NCBI GenBank assembly: GCA_016201015.1
Contig: JACQDQ010000115.1
Span: 1 to 54,540 of the forward strand
Length of the DNA: 54,540 bases
Direction of reading: 5' to 3'
From: Pseudomonadota bacterium
GTDB lineage: Bacteria; Pseudomonadota; Alphaproteobacteria; CACIAM-22H2
A model generated the notes under the pieces. That model was not told the origin of the DNA. It saw only the letters and a list, made by a program, of their open reading frames with translations, and ran no database searches. This document shows, piece by piece, positions 46,191 through 54,200 of this stretch. Position numbers and translations under genes: made by a program. The stretch's first letter is position 1, and each line of letters begins with the position of its first letter.

Positions 46191-47630
46191 TCAGCCCACA
46201 CCCAGCGATTCCGCCAGCGCGACGAGCGCCTGGCTGAAGCAGACCATCGGCGCGCGCACGATGCCGGCGCCGACCTGGCCGATGCCCGCCACCTTGTGCG
46301 CCATGCCGGTTGTGAACACCGGGCGAATGCCGCTGTCGACCACTTTGCGCACGTCGACGCCGGTGGGGGCGCCGGCGAAGTCGAGCCGCGGCAGTGCGAG
46401 CGCCGGATTGCGCGCGATCGTGATGTCGTACATCTCCTGCGAATAGGCGACCGCCGCGTCGGCCGAACCGCCGACGAGCTGCACCAGCGCCGGCGAGGCG
46501 GCCAGCGAGAAGCCGCCGAAGCCGGCGGTCTCGGTGATCGCGCTGTCGCCGAGATCGGCGTTGGCGTCACCGGCCTTGAAGCCGGGGAAAAATAGCCCGA
46601 CCGGCGTATCCGCCGCGGCCTCGAACCAGCGCCCGCCGAGCCCGCTGACGCGGATGCCGACGGTGACGCCGTTGCGCGCCATCGCCGTCACCATGCTGCT
46701 CGCCGCGACGCCGTGCGCCGCGTCCATCGTCGCCTTGGCCGAGACCATCGACAGATTGAGGAAGAATTGCGAATTGCCATCGATGCTGCGCAGCACCTCG
46801 CGCAGCATTGCGTCGTCGAGATCGCTTTGGATGAGCGGTATCGTGATTGCCTCGAGGAACAACGAGGTCGAGGCGGCATTGCGGCTATGCACCTCGTCGC
46901 CCATCGCCAGCGCGCGGGATTGGATCGCCTTGAGGTTGATGCCGCCGTCGATCGCCGTCACCGCGCGCTTGAGCGCCGGCGCCAGCGCGGTTTCGATCCA
47001 GCGCAGCCGCTCGATCACCTCCGGGCCGTTGGCGCCGAAGCGCAGCACCTTGCCAATGCCTTCGTTGATGTTGGTAAAAGCGACGTTGCCGGCATCATCA
47101 TTGCGCACCTTGAACAAAGGCATCGATGGCGAAATGATGCCGCTCATCGGCCCGACCGCGCCGTGATCGTGGCACGGGTTGAAGGCGATCTCGCCTCGTG
47201 CCAGCAGCGCGCGCGCCGCGTCCGCATCGGCGGCCCAGCCCTCGTAGAGCAGCGCACCGATCGCGGCGCCCTGCATCGGCCCGCACATGCGCTCCCAGGC
47301 GATCGGCGGGCCGGCGTGGAGCAACGTGCGCCCCATATCGGGAAACGCCTCGCGCGCATGCGCCACGACGTCGACCAGCATCGGCTGCGCGGCGAGCACG
47401 CGGGCGACCGCCTGCTGATTGGCGCGATCGATGCGCGCACCGGGAGACTCGGGGTCGGCCGGGTCGCCGGCGAGCTGCGCCAACAACCATGCGAGGCGCG
47501 GATCGCCATCGCCGATCGGCCGCCAGGCGATGTCGAGCGCCGCCGCGCCAACCTCGCGGGCGGTCGCGGCGAAGTCGCCGAGGCCGAGATTGACGATCGT
47601 CGGCGCGCGGGCGATGAGCTGCTTCGTCAT
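46191..47630 (-). CDS. DUF1116 protein (YlbE/AllG-like), paralogue 1
   Basis: 479 aa. Motifs LHAGPPIAWERMCGPMQGA, GAVGPMSGIISPSMPLF, FFLNLSM, GDSAITETAGFGG. ATGA overlap with the DUF2877 gene. Confidence 0.85.
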   Translation of the reverse strand: MTKQLIARAPTIVNLGLGDFAATAREVGAAALDIAWRPIGDGDPRLAWLLAQLAGDPADPESPGARIDRANQQAVARVLAAQPMLVDVVAHAREAFPDMGRTLLHAGPPIAWERMCGPMQGAAIGALLYEGWAADADAARALLARGEIAFNPCHDHGAVGPMSGIISPSMPLFKVRNDDAGNVAFTNINEGIGKVLRFGANGPEVIERLRWIETALAPALKRAVTAIDGGINLKAIQSRALAMGDEVHSRNAASTSLFLEAITIPLIQSDLDDAMLREVLRSIDGNSQFFLNLSMVSAKATMDAAHGVAASSMVTAMARNGVTVGIRVSGLGGRWFEAAADTPVGLFFPGFKAGDANADLGDSAITETAGFGGFSLAASPALVQLVGGSADAAVAYSQEMYDITIARNPALALPRLDFAGAPTGVDVRKVVDSGIRPVFTTGMAHKVAGIGQVGAGIVRAPMVCFSQALVALAESLGVG

Positions 47631-48523
47631 ATCGCCGTCTCGTGAACCTGGCGCAACGCGCCGGTGAGGCCGGCGATGAGTCCGGCCAACATGTCCCAGC
47701 CTGAGGAATGACCGATGGCGACAAAGCGGCGTGCCGCGGCGAACGCGGCATCCCCATCATTGCCATGCATGGCCTCCACGAGCGTGTGGAGTAACGCGAA
47801 GCTCTGCCCGTCGGCAAGGTCGGCGAAGAGGGCGGCGCTGATCCGATTCGTCCGCCGTACCGCCTCGGCCTTGAGGGACTCGGCGATGTCGTCCCAATGC
47901 CGCGCATTGGTTGCGGGTATATGGCGTCGTGCGAAAATTAGGCCGCCGACGAAGTCGTCGCCCGACGGCGTGAGGCCCGGGCCGAGGCCGATGAGCGGCA
48001 ATGCCGCCGCGACGACCGCCGCGTCATCGCCCGCTGCCGACGCGCGGACGAATGCCGCGGCCAGATGGACCGCCCGATCCAGCGGAAACGTCGGCGTCTG
48101 GCCGAACAGGCAGGCGCCAAGGCCGCCGGCCGGCGCCAGTCCCACGAGCCGCTCGCAGAGCGCCGGTCCGGCCGCACGACGCCGATCGATATCCCACGCG
48201 GCGAGCTCGCGCCGCGCCGGCCGCCACGGCTCAACGCCGGCGAATTCGATGTGCAGCAGATCTTGGCCCACTGGCAGCGACTCTGCGAGCAGCACCAGGC
48301 GCGGATGCGGCGTGCGGTCGCTCAGCCCCAGCCAGATCACCTCGCCGGCGGCCGTGGCGTAGATCGACTCCGACAGTGTGGACAACAGCCGCGCGCGACC
48401 GAAGCTGCGCGCGAGCGCCGCGTGCGCCTTGGCACCGATCGCCGCAACGCGCAAACCGCGATCGAGGATTGCATCAGGCGACAAGGCGAGTCCCCGCGGT
48501 ACCGCGCAACGCATCGAGGCCAC
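47627..48523 (-). CDS. DUF2877 protein (YlbF/AllH-like)
   Basis: GLGPGLTPSGDDFVGGLIFA motif. GTG start at 48523 overlaps the carbamate-kinase 3' end by ~50 nt, so the true start may be a little downstream. Confidence 0.7.
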   Translation of the reverse strand: MASMRCAVPRGLALSPDAILDRGLRVAAIGAKAHAALARSFGRARLLSTLSESIYATAAGEVIWLGLSDRTPHPRLVLLAESLPVGQDLLHIEFAGVEPWRPARRELAAWDIDRRRAAGPALCERLVGLAPAGGLGACLFGQTPTFPLDRAVHLAAAFVRASAAGDDAAVVAAALPLIGLGPGLTPSGDDFVGGLIFARRHIPATNARHWDDIAESLKAEAVRRTNRISAALFADLADGQSFALLHTLVEAMHGNDGDAAFAAARRFVAIGHSSGWDMLAGLIAGLTGALRQVHETAI

Positions 48524-49323
48524 GCTCGAGCGAGGTGATGACGGCCGTCCGACCGCTCTGCGCCACGAAGCGGATCGCCGCGCGAATCTTCGGCCCCATG
48601 CTGCCTTCGGGGAACTGGCCGCCGGCCAGATGGCGCTCGGCTTCGCGCACGGACAAGCGGTCGACCGCGCGCTGCGTCGGCTTGCCGAAATCGAGCGCCA
48701 CGCGATCGACGCCGGTAAGGATGATCAGCGCATCGGCGCCGAGGTCGGCGGCGAGCACGGCGCTCGTCAAGTCCTTGTCGACCACCGCGGCTACGCCCTC
48801 GTACATCCCGTCGGATCGCGGCACCACCGGTATGCCGCCGCCGCCAGCCACGATCGGTATCGCCCCGGCGTTCAGCAGAAGCCGCACGACGTCGATCTCA
48901 AGGATGGCGCGCGGCTCCGGCGAAGGAACGACGCGCCGGTAGCCGCGGCCGGAATCCTCGGCCATGGCCCAGCCCGTTTCGCGCGCCACGCGCTCTGCCT
49001 GTTCGGCGGCATAGAACGGCCCAACCGGCTTGGTCGGATGCCGGAAGGCTGGATCGTCGACATCGACGACGACGCGCGTCACGACCGACGCGACCTGAAC
49101 CGCATGGCCGTGCGCATGCAGTAAGTTGGCCAGGCTCTGCTGCAGGATATAGCCGATGCCGCCCTGCGAATGGGCGACGCATATGTCCATCGGCATCGGC
49201 GTCAGCTGCGTCGCCGATATCGCCAGCGATGGCGAACTGCTCCTCGGCGGTACCGCGGATATCCGGCGGGTAGGTTGCGTTGCCGCCGAGCGCAACGACG
49301 ACGATCGGGCCGGCCGCGGTCAT
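48474..49323 (-). pseudogene. arcC: Carbamate kinase gene with an internal deletion and frameshift
   Basis: The N-terminus MTAAGPIVVVALGGNA... is in one frame (ORF 48898..49323). The rest (MPMDICVAHSQGGIGY...GGGGIPVV...DKDL...FPEGSMGPKI...ITSLE) is in another frame (ORF 48474..49295). The frames switch near 49205-49225. The HGNGPQVG segment normally found between these parts is absent in all frames. Confidence 0.75.
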
Positions 49324-50756
49324 GACGCGGCGCCGAGGGCCCGGGCGAGCGCGGCGACGGCGCCGACGAAGCAGGCCATCGGCGCGCGGGCGAGGCCCAT
49401 GCCGATCTGTCCGAGTCCCGCTTGTCGATGCGCGATCGCGGTCACGATCGCCGGCCGCACGCCGTTGTCGACGACCTTGCGCACGTCGATGCCGGTGGGC
49501 GCGCCGACGAAATCGAGCGCCGGCAGGGTGAACGCCGGGTTGCGCGCGAGCGTGACCGAGTCCAAGTCGCGCGTGAGGTCGAGCGCGGCCTCGGCGGTCC
49601 CGCCCACCGCCGTGACCAAACCGAGCCCGGCGCCGAGCGCGAACGCGCCGAGGCCGGCCGCTTCGACGATCGCGCTGTCGCCGAGATCGGGGTTGGCGTC
49701 GACCGCCGTGTAAGGCGGCACGATCACACCCGACGGCATTTCGGCCGGCGCGGTGAACCAGCGCTCGCCGAGGCCGCTCACGCGGATGCCGGTTTCCACG
49801 CCGTTGCGGGCAATTGCCGTGACCAGGCTGCTGTCGGCGACGCCATGTGCCGCGTCGAGCGCGGCCTTGGCCGCCGCCATCGCCAGATTGAGAAAGAAAC
49901 CGGGGGTCGACTGGATATGACGCAGGATGGCGACGACGGTGCGGCGATCGAGTCCGGCATCGAGCAGTGGCCGCGTAAATGCGCGGAAGACGAGCGACGT
50001 CGCCGCCGTCGTACGGCCATGCAGCTCGTCGCCCATATGCAGCGCCTGGGCGATGATCGGCTTGAGCGGCAGGCCACCCTCGAGCGTGCTGAGGGCGCGC
50101 TTGAGTCCCGGGCCGATGAAGCGCTGGATCAGCTTGAGGCGATCTCCGACCTCCGTCTCGTAGACGCCGAACTGCAGCGACCGGCCGCCGCCGTCGGCGA
50201 TCGGCGCGTAGGCGATATTGCCGCGCGCGGCGTTGCGCACGACGAAGAGCGGCATCGACGGCGAGACTACGCCGGCCATCGCCCCGACGGCGCCGCGATG
50301 ATGCCCGGGCGCGAAGGCGATCTCGCCGCTAGTCGCGAGCTTCCCCGCCGCCTTGGGCGTGCCCGCCCAGCCTTCGTAGAGGATCGCGCCGATGATCGCG
50401 CCGCGCATTGGCCGGCACATGCGGCCCCATTCGATCGGCGGCCCGGCATGCAGGATCGTCCGCCCCAGATCCGGCCACACCTCGCTCGCGCGCCGCGCCA
50501 CGTCGACCAGCACCGGCTGCGCATCGAGCAGGCGGGACATGGCCTCGCGGTTCGCCCGATCGATGCGCGAGCCAACCGCATCCTTGTCGCTGTCGTCGCC
50601 GAAGAGGCGCGCCAACGCCCATGCGGATTCGCCATCGGCCGCCGGCGGACGCCAGTCGAGATGAATGGCGCGCGCACCGCCGGCCCGTGCCGTCGCGGCG
50701 AAATCGCCAATGCCGAGATTGAGCACCGACACGCTGGGCGCGACGAGCGGCCTCAT
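49320..50756 (-). CDS. DUF1116 protein (YlbE/AllG-like), paralogue 2
   Basis: Track ORF 49320..51806 trimmed to Met351 (MRPLVAPSVSVLNLG), whose ATG overlaps the fdrA stop (ATGA). 478 aa, collinear with paralogue 1. Confidence 0.85.
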   Translation of the reverse strand: MRPLVAPSVSVLNLGIGDFAATARAGGARAIHLDWRPPAADGESAWALARLFGDDSDKDAVGSRIDRANREAMSRLLDAQPVLVDVARRASEVWPDLGRTILHAGPPIEWGRMCRPMRGAIIGAILYEGWAGTPKAAGKLATSGEIAFAPGHHRGAVGAMAGVVSPSMPLFVVRNAARGNIAYAPIADGGGRSLQFGVYETEVGDRLKLIQRFIGPGLKRALSTLEGGLPLKPIIAQALHMGDELHGRTTAATSLVFRAFTRPLLDAGLDRRTVVAILRHIQSTPGFFLNLAMAAAKAALDAAHGVADSSLVTAIARNGVETGIRVSGLGERWFTAPAEMPSGVIVPPYTAVDANPDLGDSAIVEAAGLGAFALGAGLGLVTAVGGTAEAALDLTRDLDSVTLARNPAFTLPALDFVGAPTGIDVRKVVDNGVRPAIVTAIAHRQAGLGQIGMGLARAPMACFVGAVAALARALGAAS

Positions 50757-52324
50757 CGCTTGGCCATGTTCTTTCCGAAGCCGGCGATTTCGGCCGCGGC
50801 CCAGGCCGCCGCCGCGCTGCTCGACGCGAGCAGGGCACCGGCCTTGCGCAGCTTGTTTTCCTGATCCGACCGGCGCTGCGGATCCTGCTCGGTGCCGCAG
50901 ACGAATGCCACGACGCTCAGATACCGGCGCTTCGCGCGCGCCTCGGCCTTGGCCTTTTGGATCGCCGGCGCCAGCACGCCGGCCGGATCGGCATGCGCGC
51001 CGTGGCCGAGCACGACATCCAGCACCACGACACCGACGGCCGGATCGCGCGCCTCTTTCAGCAGCCGTTCGACCCGCATTGTCATGTCGATCATCGGATG
51101 CGGCCGGCCAATCGTGAATTCGTCGCTGCCGAAATCGACCACCGCGTGTTCGATGCCCTTCTGCCCCTCGACAAGCAGCAGGTCCTTGTCGAACGGCACG
51201 TTGGAGCGGGTCTTGAGACCGAGATCGCGCCAGATGAGCTGCGCCTCGCTGCAGAACGTGCCACCGGAATAGAGGCCGCGGAGACCGCGCTGATCCGCGC
51301 GGAGCCGCGCCTGCTCGCGCTTCACCCCCGCTAGGCTCGGCGCGCGCGTCATGCGCGACGGCGTGGCGCGGCGCCGCAGGGTCGCCACCGCGCGCTCGGC
51401 CGCCTCCTCGAGCGTGCGTACGGCGAGGATGTTCTTGCGGCCGGCAACCATGGCCGAATCGCCGCCGAGAAACAGCGCCACCACCGGCTTGCCCGCGGCG
51501 GCGGCGCGATCGAGAAGCGCCGCGGCAACCGCCGGCGCCGGCGGCTTCGACAACAGCACGATCACCCGCGTCTCGGCATCGGCCGCGAGCAGGTCGAGAC
51601 CCTGCATCAGCGTGATGCCGCCGATCGCTTCCGAGGCGTCGCGGCCGCCGGCGCCGATCGCATGCGACACGCCCTCGCCCCGCCGATCGATCTGGCACAT
51701 CACCTCCTGCAGCCCGGTGCCGGAGGCGGCGATGAGCCCGATCGCGCCGCGGCGCACCACGTTGGCGAAGCCGAGCGGCACGCCATGCAGAATGGCCGTG
51801 CCGCAATCCGGCCCCATGACGATGAGGCCCTTGCGCTGCGCCAGCTCCTTGATCGCCTTCTCCTGCTCGACCGGCACGTTGTCGCTGAACAGAAAGACGT
51901 TGAGGCCGAGGCGCAGCGCCTTGAGCGCCTCGGCGCCGGCATAGGCGCCGGGCACCGAGATCATCGCCAGGTTGGCATCCTTCATGCGCGCGACGCCCAG
52001 CGCCAAGCTGCGCGGCGCGCGCTCGGCCGCGGCGCCGCGTTCCGCCGCGAGGTTGCCGGACAACAGCTCGTTCATGCGCGCGACGGCGGCGTCCACCGCC
52101 GCGTCATTGGCGCCGTCGATCACCGCCATGATGTCATCGGGGCGCGCGGCGATCGCCTCCGGAGTCAGCATCGCGGCCTCGGCGAGGATCGCCTTGTTGG
52201 CCTGCGTGCCCATGAGCAGCGTCGCGCGCCGCACGCCGCTCAAGGCGGTGAGGGCCTCGGCCACGCGCATCAACGCCACCGAGTCCTTGTAGAGATCCGC
52301 CTTGACCAGCGAACGAATCGGCAT
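50753..52324 (-). CDS. fdrA: FdrA-family protein (succinyl-CoA-synthetase-alpha-like, AllF-like)
   Basis: Track ORF trimmed to Met162 (MPIRSLVKADLYKDSVALMRV). CoA-ligase-type motifs GPDCGTA, ASGTGLQE, SHAIGAGGRD (phosphohistidine loop). Confidence 0.87.
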   Translation of the reverse strand: MPIRSLVKADLYKDSVALMRVAEALTALSGVRRATLLMGTQANKAILAEAAMLTPEAIAARPDDIMAVIDGANDAAVDAAVARMNELLSGNLAAERGAAAERAPRSLALGVARMKDANLAMISVPGAYAGAEALKALRLGLNVFLFSDNVPVEQEKAIKELAQRKGLIVMGPDCGTAILHGVPLGFANVVRRGAIGLIAASGTGLQEVMCQIDRRGEGVSHAIGAGGRDASEAIGGITLMQGLDLLAADAETRVIVLLSKPPAPAVAAALLDRAAAAGKPVVALFLGGDSAMVAGRKNILAVRTLEEAAERAVATLRRRATPSRMTRAPSLAGVKREQARLRADQRGLRGLYSGGTFCSEAQLIWRDLGLKTRSNVPFDKDLLLVEGQKGIEHAVVDFGSDEFTIGRPHPMIDMTMRVERLLKEARDPAVGVVVLDVVLGHGAHADPAGVLAPAIQKAKAEARAKRRYLSVVAFVCGTEQDPQRRSDQENKLRKAGALLASSSAAAAWAAAEIAGFGKNMAKR

Positions 52325-52492
52325 GTGCGCGACGTCCCCCCGCGTGCCGGAGGCGGATAACCCCCGTCTTCGACTATGTAAATGGCCGCCTGAGGCGTCA
52401 CAAGCGCAAAACGGCGCACGGGCCCACCCGCCGGCGGCGAAAGGCGGCCGCCGCTGACTCTGGTTTGAAGCGCTGAACTTGCTTGTTAAGAT

Positions 52493-52840
52493 TTGCCGAT
52501 GACCCATGATCCGCCGCGCAGCTACGCAGAGTTCTGGCCCCATTACCTGCGCGAGCACGCGCGGCCAGCGACTCGCCGCCTGCACTATGCCGGCACGGTT
52601 GCCGGGCTCCTGCTGCTGGCAGCCGCAATCTTGTGGGGCGATGCCCGCCTCGTCGCCTTGGCCATCCTCGCCGGCTATGCCCCGGCTTGGCTCGCTCATT
52701 TTTTCGTCGAACGCAACCGGCCGGCCACGTTCCGGCACCCGCTTTGGTCCCTGGCGAGCGATCTGCGCATGCTCGGCCTCGCCGCGACCGGCCGCTTGCG
52801 CGCACATCTCGACCGTGCCGCGCCCAGCGCCAAGCGGTGA
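52493..52840 (+). CDS. DUF962 (Mpo1-like) membrane protein
   Basis: 115 aa. Motifs [22 protein letters not shown] and [16 protein letters not shown] are typical of DUF962. Two TM segments. Divergent from fdrA. Confidence 0.75.
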   Translation: MPMTHDPPRSYAEFWPHYLREHARPATRRLHYAGTVAGLLLLAAAILWGDARLVALAILAGYAPAWLAHFFVERNRPATFRHPLWSLASDLRMLGLAATGRLRAHLDRAAPSAKR

Positions 52841-52881
52841 TCAGGGCGACGCCGACACGGTTGCGTGAATCGGAGGGAGCG

Positions 52882-54114
52882 ATGGCGCCACGGAGCGAGA
52901 AGGTCACATTTGCCGGCGCAAATGGCGTAACCCTGGCGGCCCGGCTCGAGCGGCCCGCGGGCCAGCCGCGGGCCTACGCCTTGTTCGCCCACTGCTTCAC
53001 CTGTTCGAAGGATGTTTTCGCCGCGACCCGCATCGCCGGCGGCTTGGCCGAGCGCGGCATCGCCGTGCTGAGATTCGACTTTACCGGCCTTGGGGCGAGC
53101 GAAGGCGATTTCGCCAATACCAATTTTTCGTCGAACGTCGCCGATCTGCTGGCGGCGGCCGAACATCTGCGGCGCGCGCACGAAGCGCCGAAGATCCTGA
53201 TCGGCCACAGCCTGGGCGGGGCGGCCGTACTCGCCGCCGCCGGCAAGGTGCCGGAGGCTGAGGCCGTCGCCACGATCGGCGCGCCGGCCGACCCGGCGCA
53301 TGTGCGCCATCTGCTCAAGGACTCGATCGCCGACATCGCGGCGAACGGCGAGGCGGAGGTGGCGATTGCCGGGCGCAGCTTCCGCATCCGCAAGCAGTTC
53401 CTCGACGACATCGCGGCGCAGAATCTGCAAGCCGCGATCGGCGCTCTACGCAAGGCGCTGCTGATCTTCCATGCGCCGCGCGACCAAACCGTCGGCATCG
53501 AGAATGCCGGACTCATTTTCCAGGCGGCGCGTCACCCGAAGAGCTTCGTTTCGCTTGACGATGCCGACCATCTCCTCACCAGGCATGAGGACGCTATCTA
53601 CGTCGCCGATGTGCTGGCGGCGTGGGCCACCCGCTATCTCAGCCGCGCACCGGCACCTGCATTGGCCGACGATGCCGCCGGCGACGAGGGTGTCGTCGTC
53701 ACCGAGGCCGGCGCGCCGGGCCGTCTCGCCCAGATCATCACGGCGGGCGGCCATCGCCTGACGGCCGACGAGCCGGTGGCGGCCGGCGGCACCGGCACCG
53801 GCCCGTCGCCTTACGACCTGCTGGCGGCGGCGCTCGGTGCCTGCACGGCGATGACAATGCGCCTCTATGCCGACCGCAAGGGCTGGCCGTTGCAGAAATC
53901 GATCGTCCGGCTGCACCATGGCAAGATCCACGCCGAAGACTGCGCAAACTGCGAGACCAAGGAAGGCCATATCGACCGTATCCAACGCGAGATTGAGCTG
54001 GTCGGGCCGCTCGACGAGGAGCAGCGGCAGCGCATTGTCGAGATCGCTAACAAATGCCCGGTGCACCGCACCCTGCACTCCGAAGTGCTGGTCGAGACCA
54101 GCCTGAAGCGATGA
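52882..54114 (+). CDS. Bifunctional alpha/beta-hydrolase - OsmC/Ohr-family fusion protein
   Basis: Track ORF trimmed to Met84 (MAPRSEKVTF), with a GGAGGGA RBS. The N-terminal half has FAHCFTCSKD and the nucleophile elbow GHSLGG. The C-terminal half is OsmC-like (PSPYDLLAAALGACTAMT, NKCPVHRTL). Confidence 0.85.
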   Translation: MAPRSEKVTFAGANGVTLAARLERPAGQPRAYALFAHCFTCSKDVFAATRIAGGLAERGIAVLRFDFTGLGASEGDFANTNFSSNVADLLAAAEHLRRAHEAPKILIGHSLGGAAVLAAAGKVPEAEAVATIGAPADPAHVRHLLKDSIADIAANGEAEVAIAGRSFRIRKQFLDDIAAQNLQAAIGALRKALLIFHAPRDQTVGIENAGLIFQAARHPKSFVSLDDADHLLTRHEDAIYVADVLAAWATRYLSRAPAPALADDAAGDEGVVVTEAGAPGRLAQIITAGGHRLTADEPVAAGGTGTGPSPYDLLAAALGACTAMTMRLYADRKGWPLQKSIVRLHHGKIHAEDCANCETKEGHIDRIQREIELVGPLDEEQRQRIVEIANKCPVHRTLHSEVLVETSLKR

Positions 54115-54200
54115 CCGCCGGCCTCGCGCCCGATGCGTGAAACCGGTGAATTTGCTAGGGTATAGCCTGCCGCAACACGGCAGACCATGGAGCGCATAGC

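Noticed and set aside
49422-50864. 480-aa plus-strand ORF. The same applies to 45489..46595 and 46713..47645.
   Set aside because: They are antisense to the DUF1116 and GGT genes. Same artefact class.
50757-51806. Apparent 350-residue N-terminal extension of DUF1116-b, which would make an 828-aa fusion with sequence overlapping fdrA
   Set aside because: The extension is Arg/Gly-rich, runs out of frame across the well-supported fdrA coding sequence, and the paralogue (479 aa) starts at the equivalent of Met351. An ATGA overlap with the fdrA stop marks the real start. The same reasoning was used to trim 7319..8866, 16492..18372, 24274..26001, 26668..29433, 38630..40384, 42585..44120, 43691..45058, 50753..52807 and 52633..54114.
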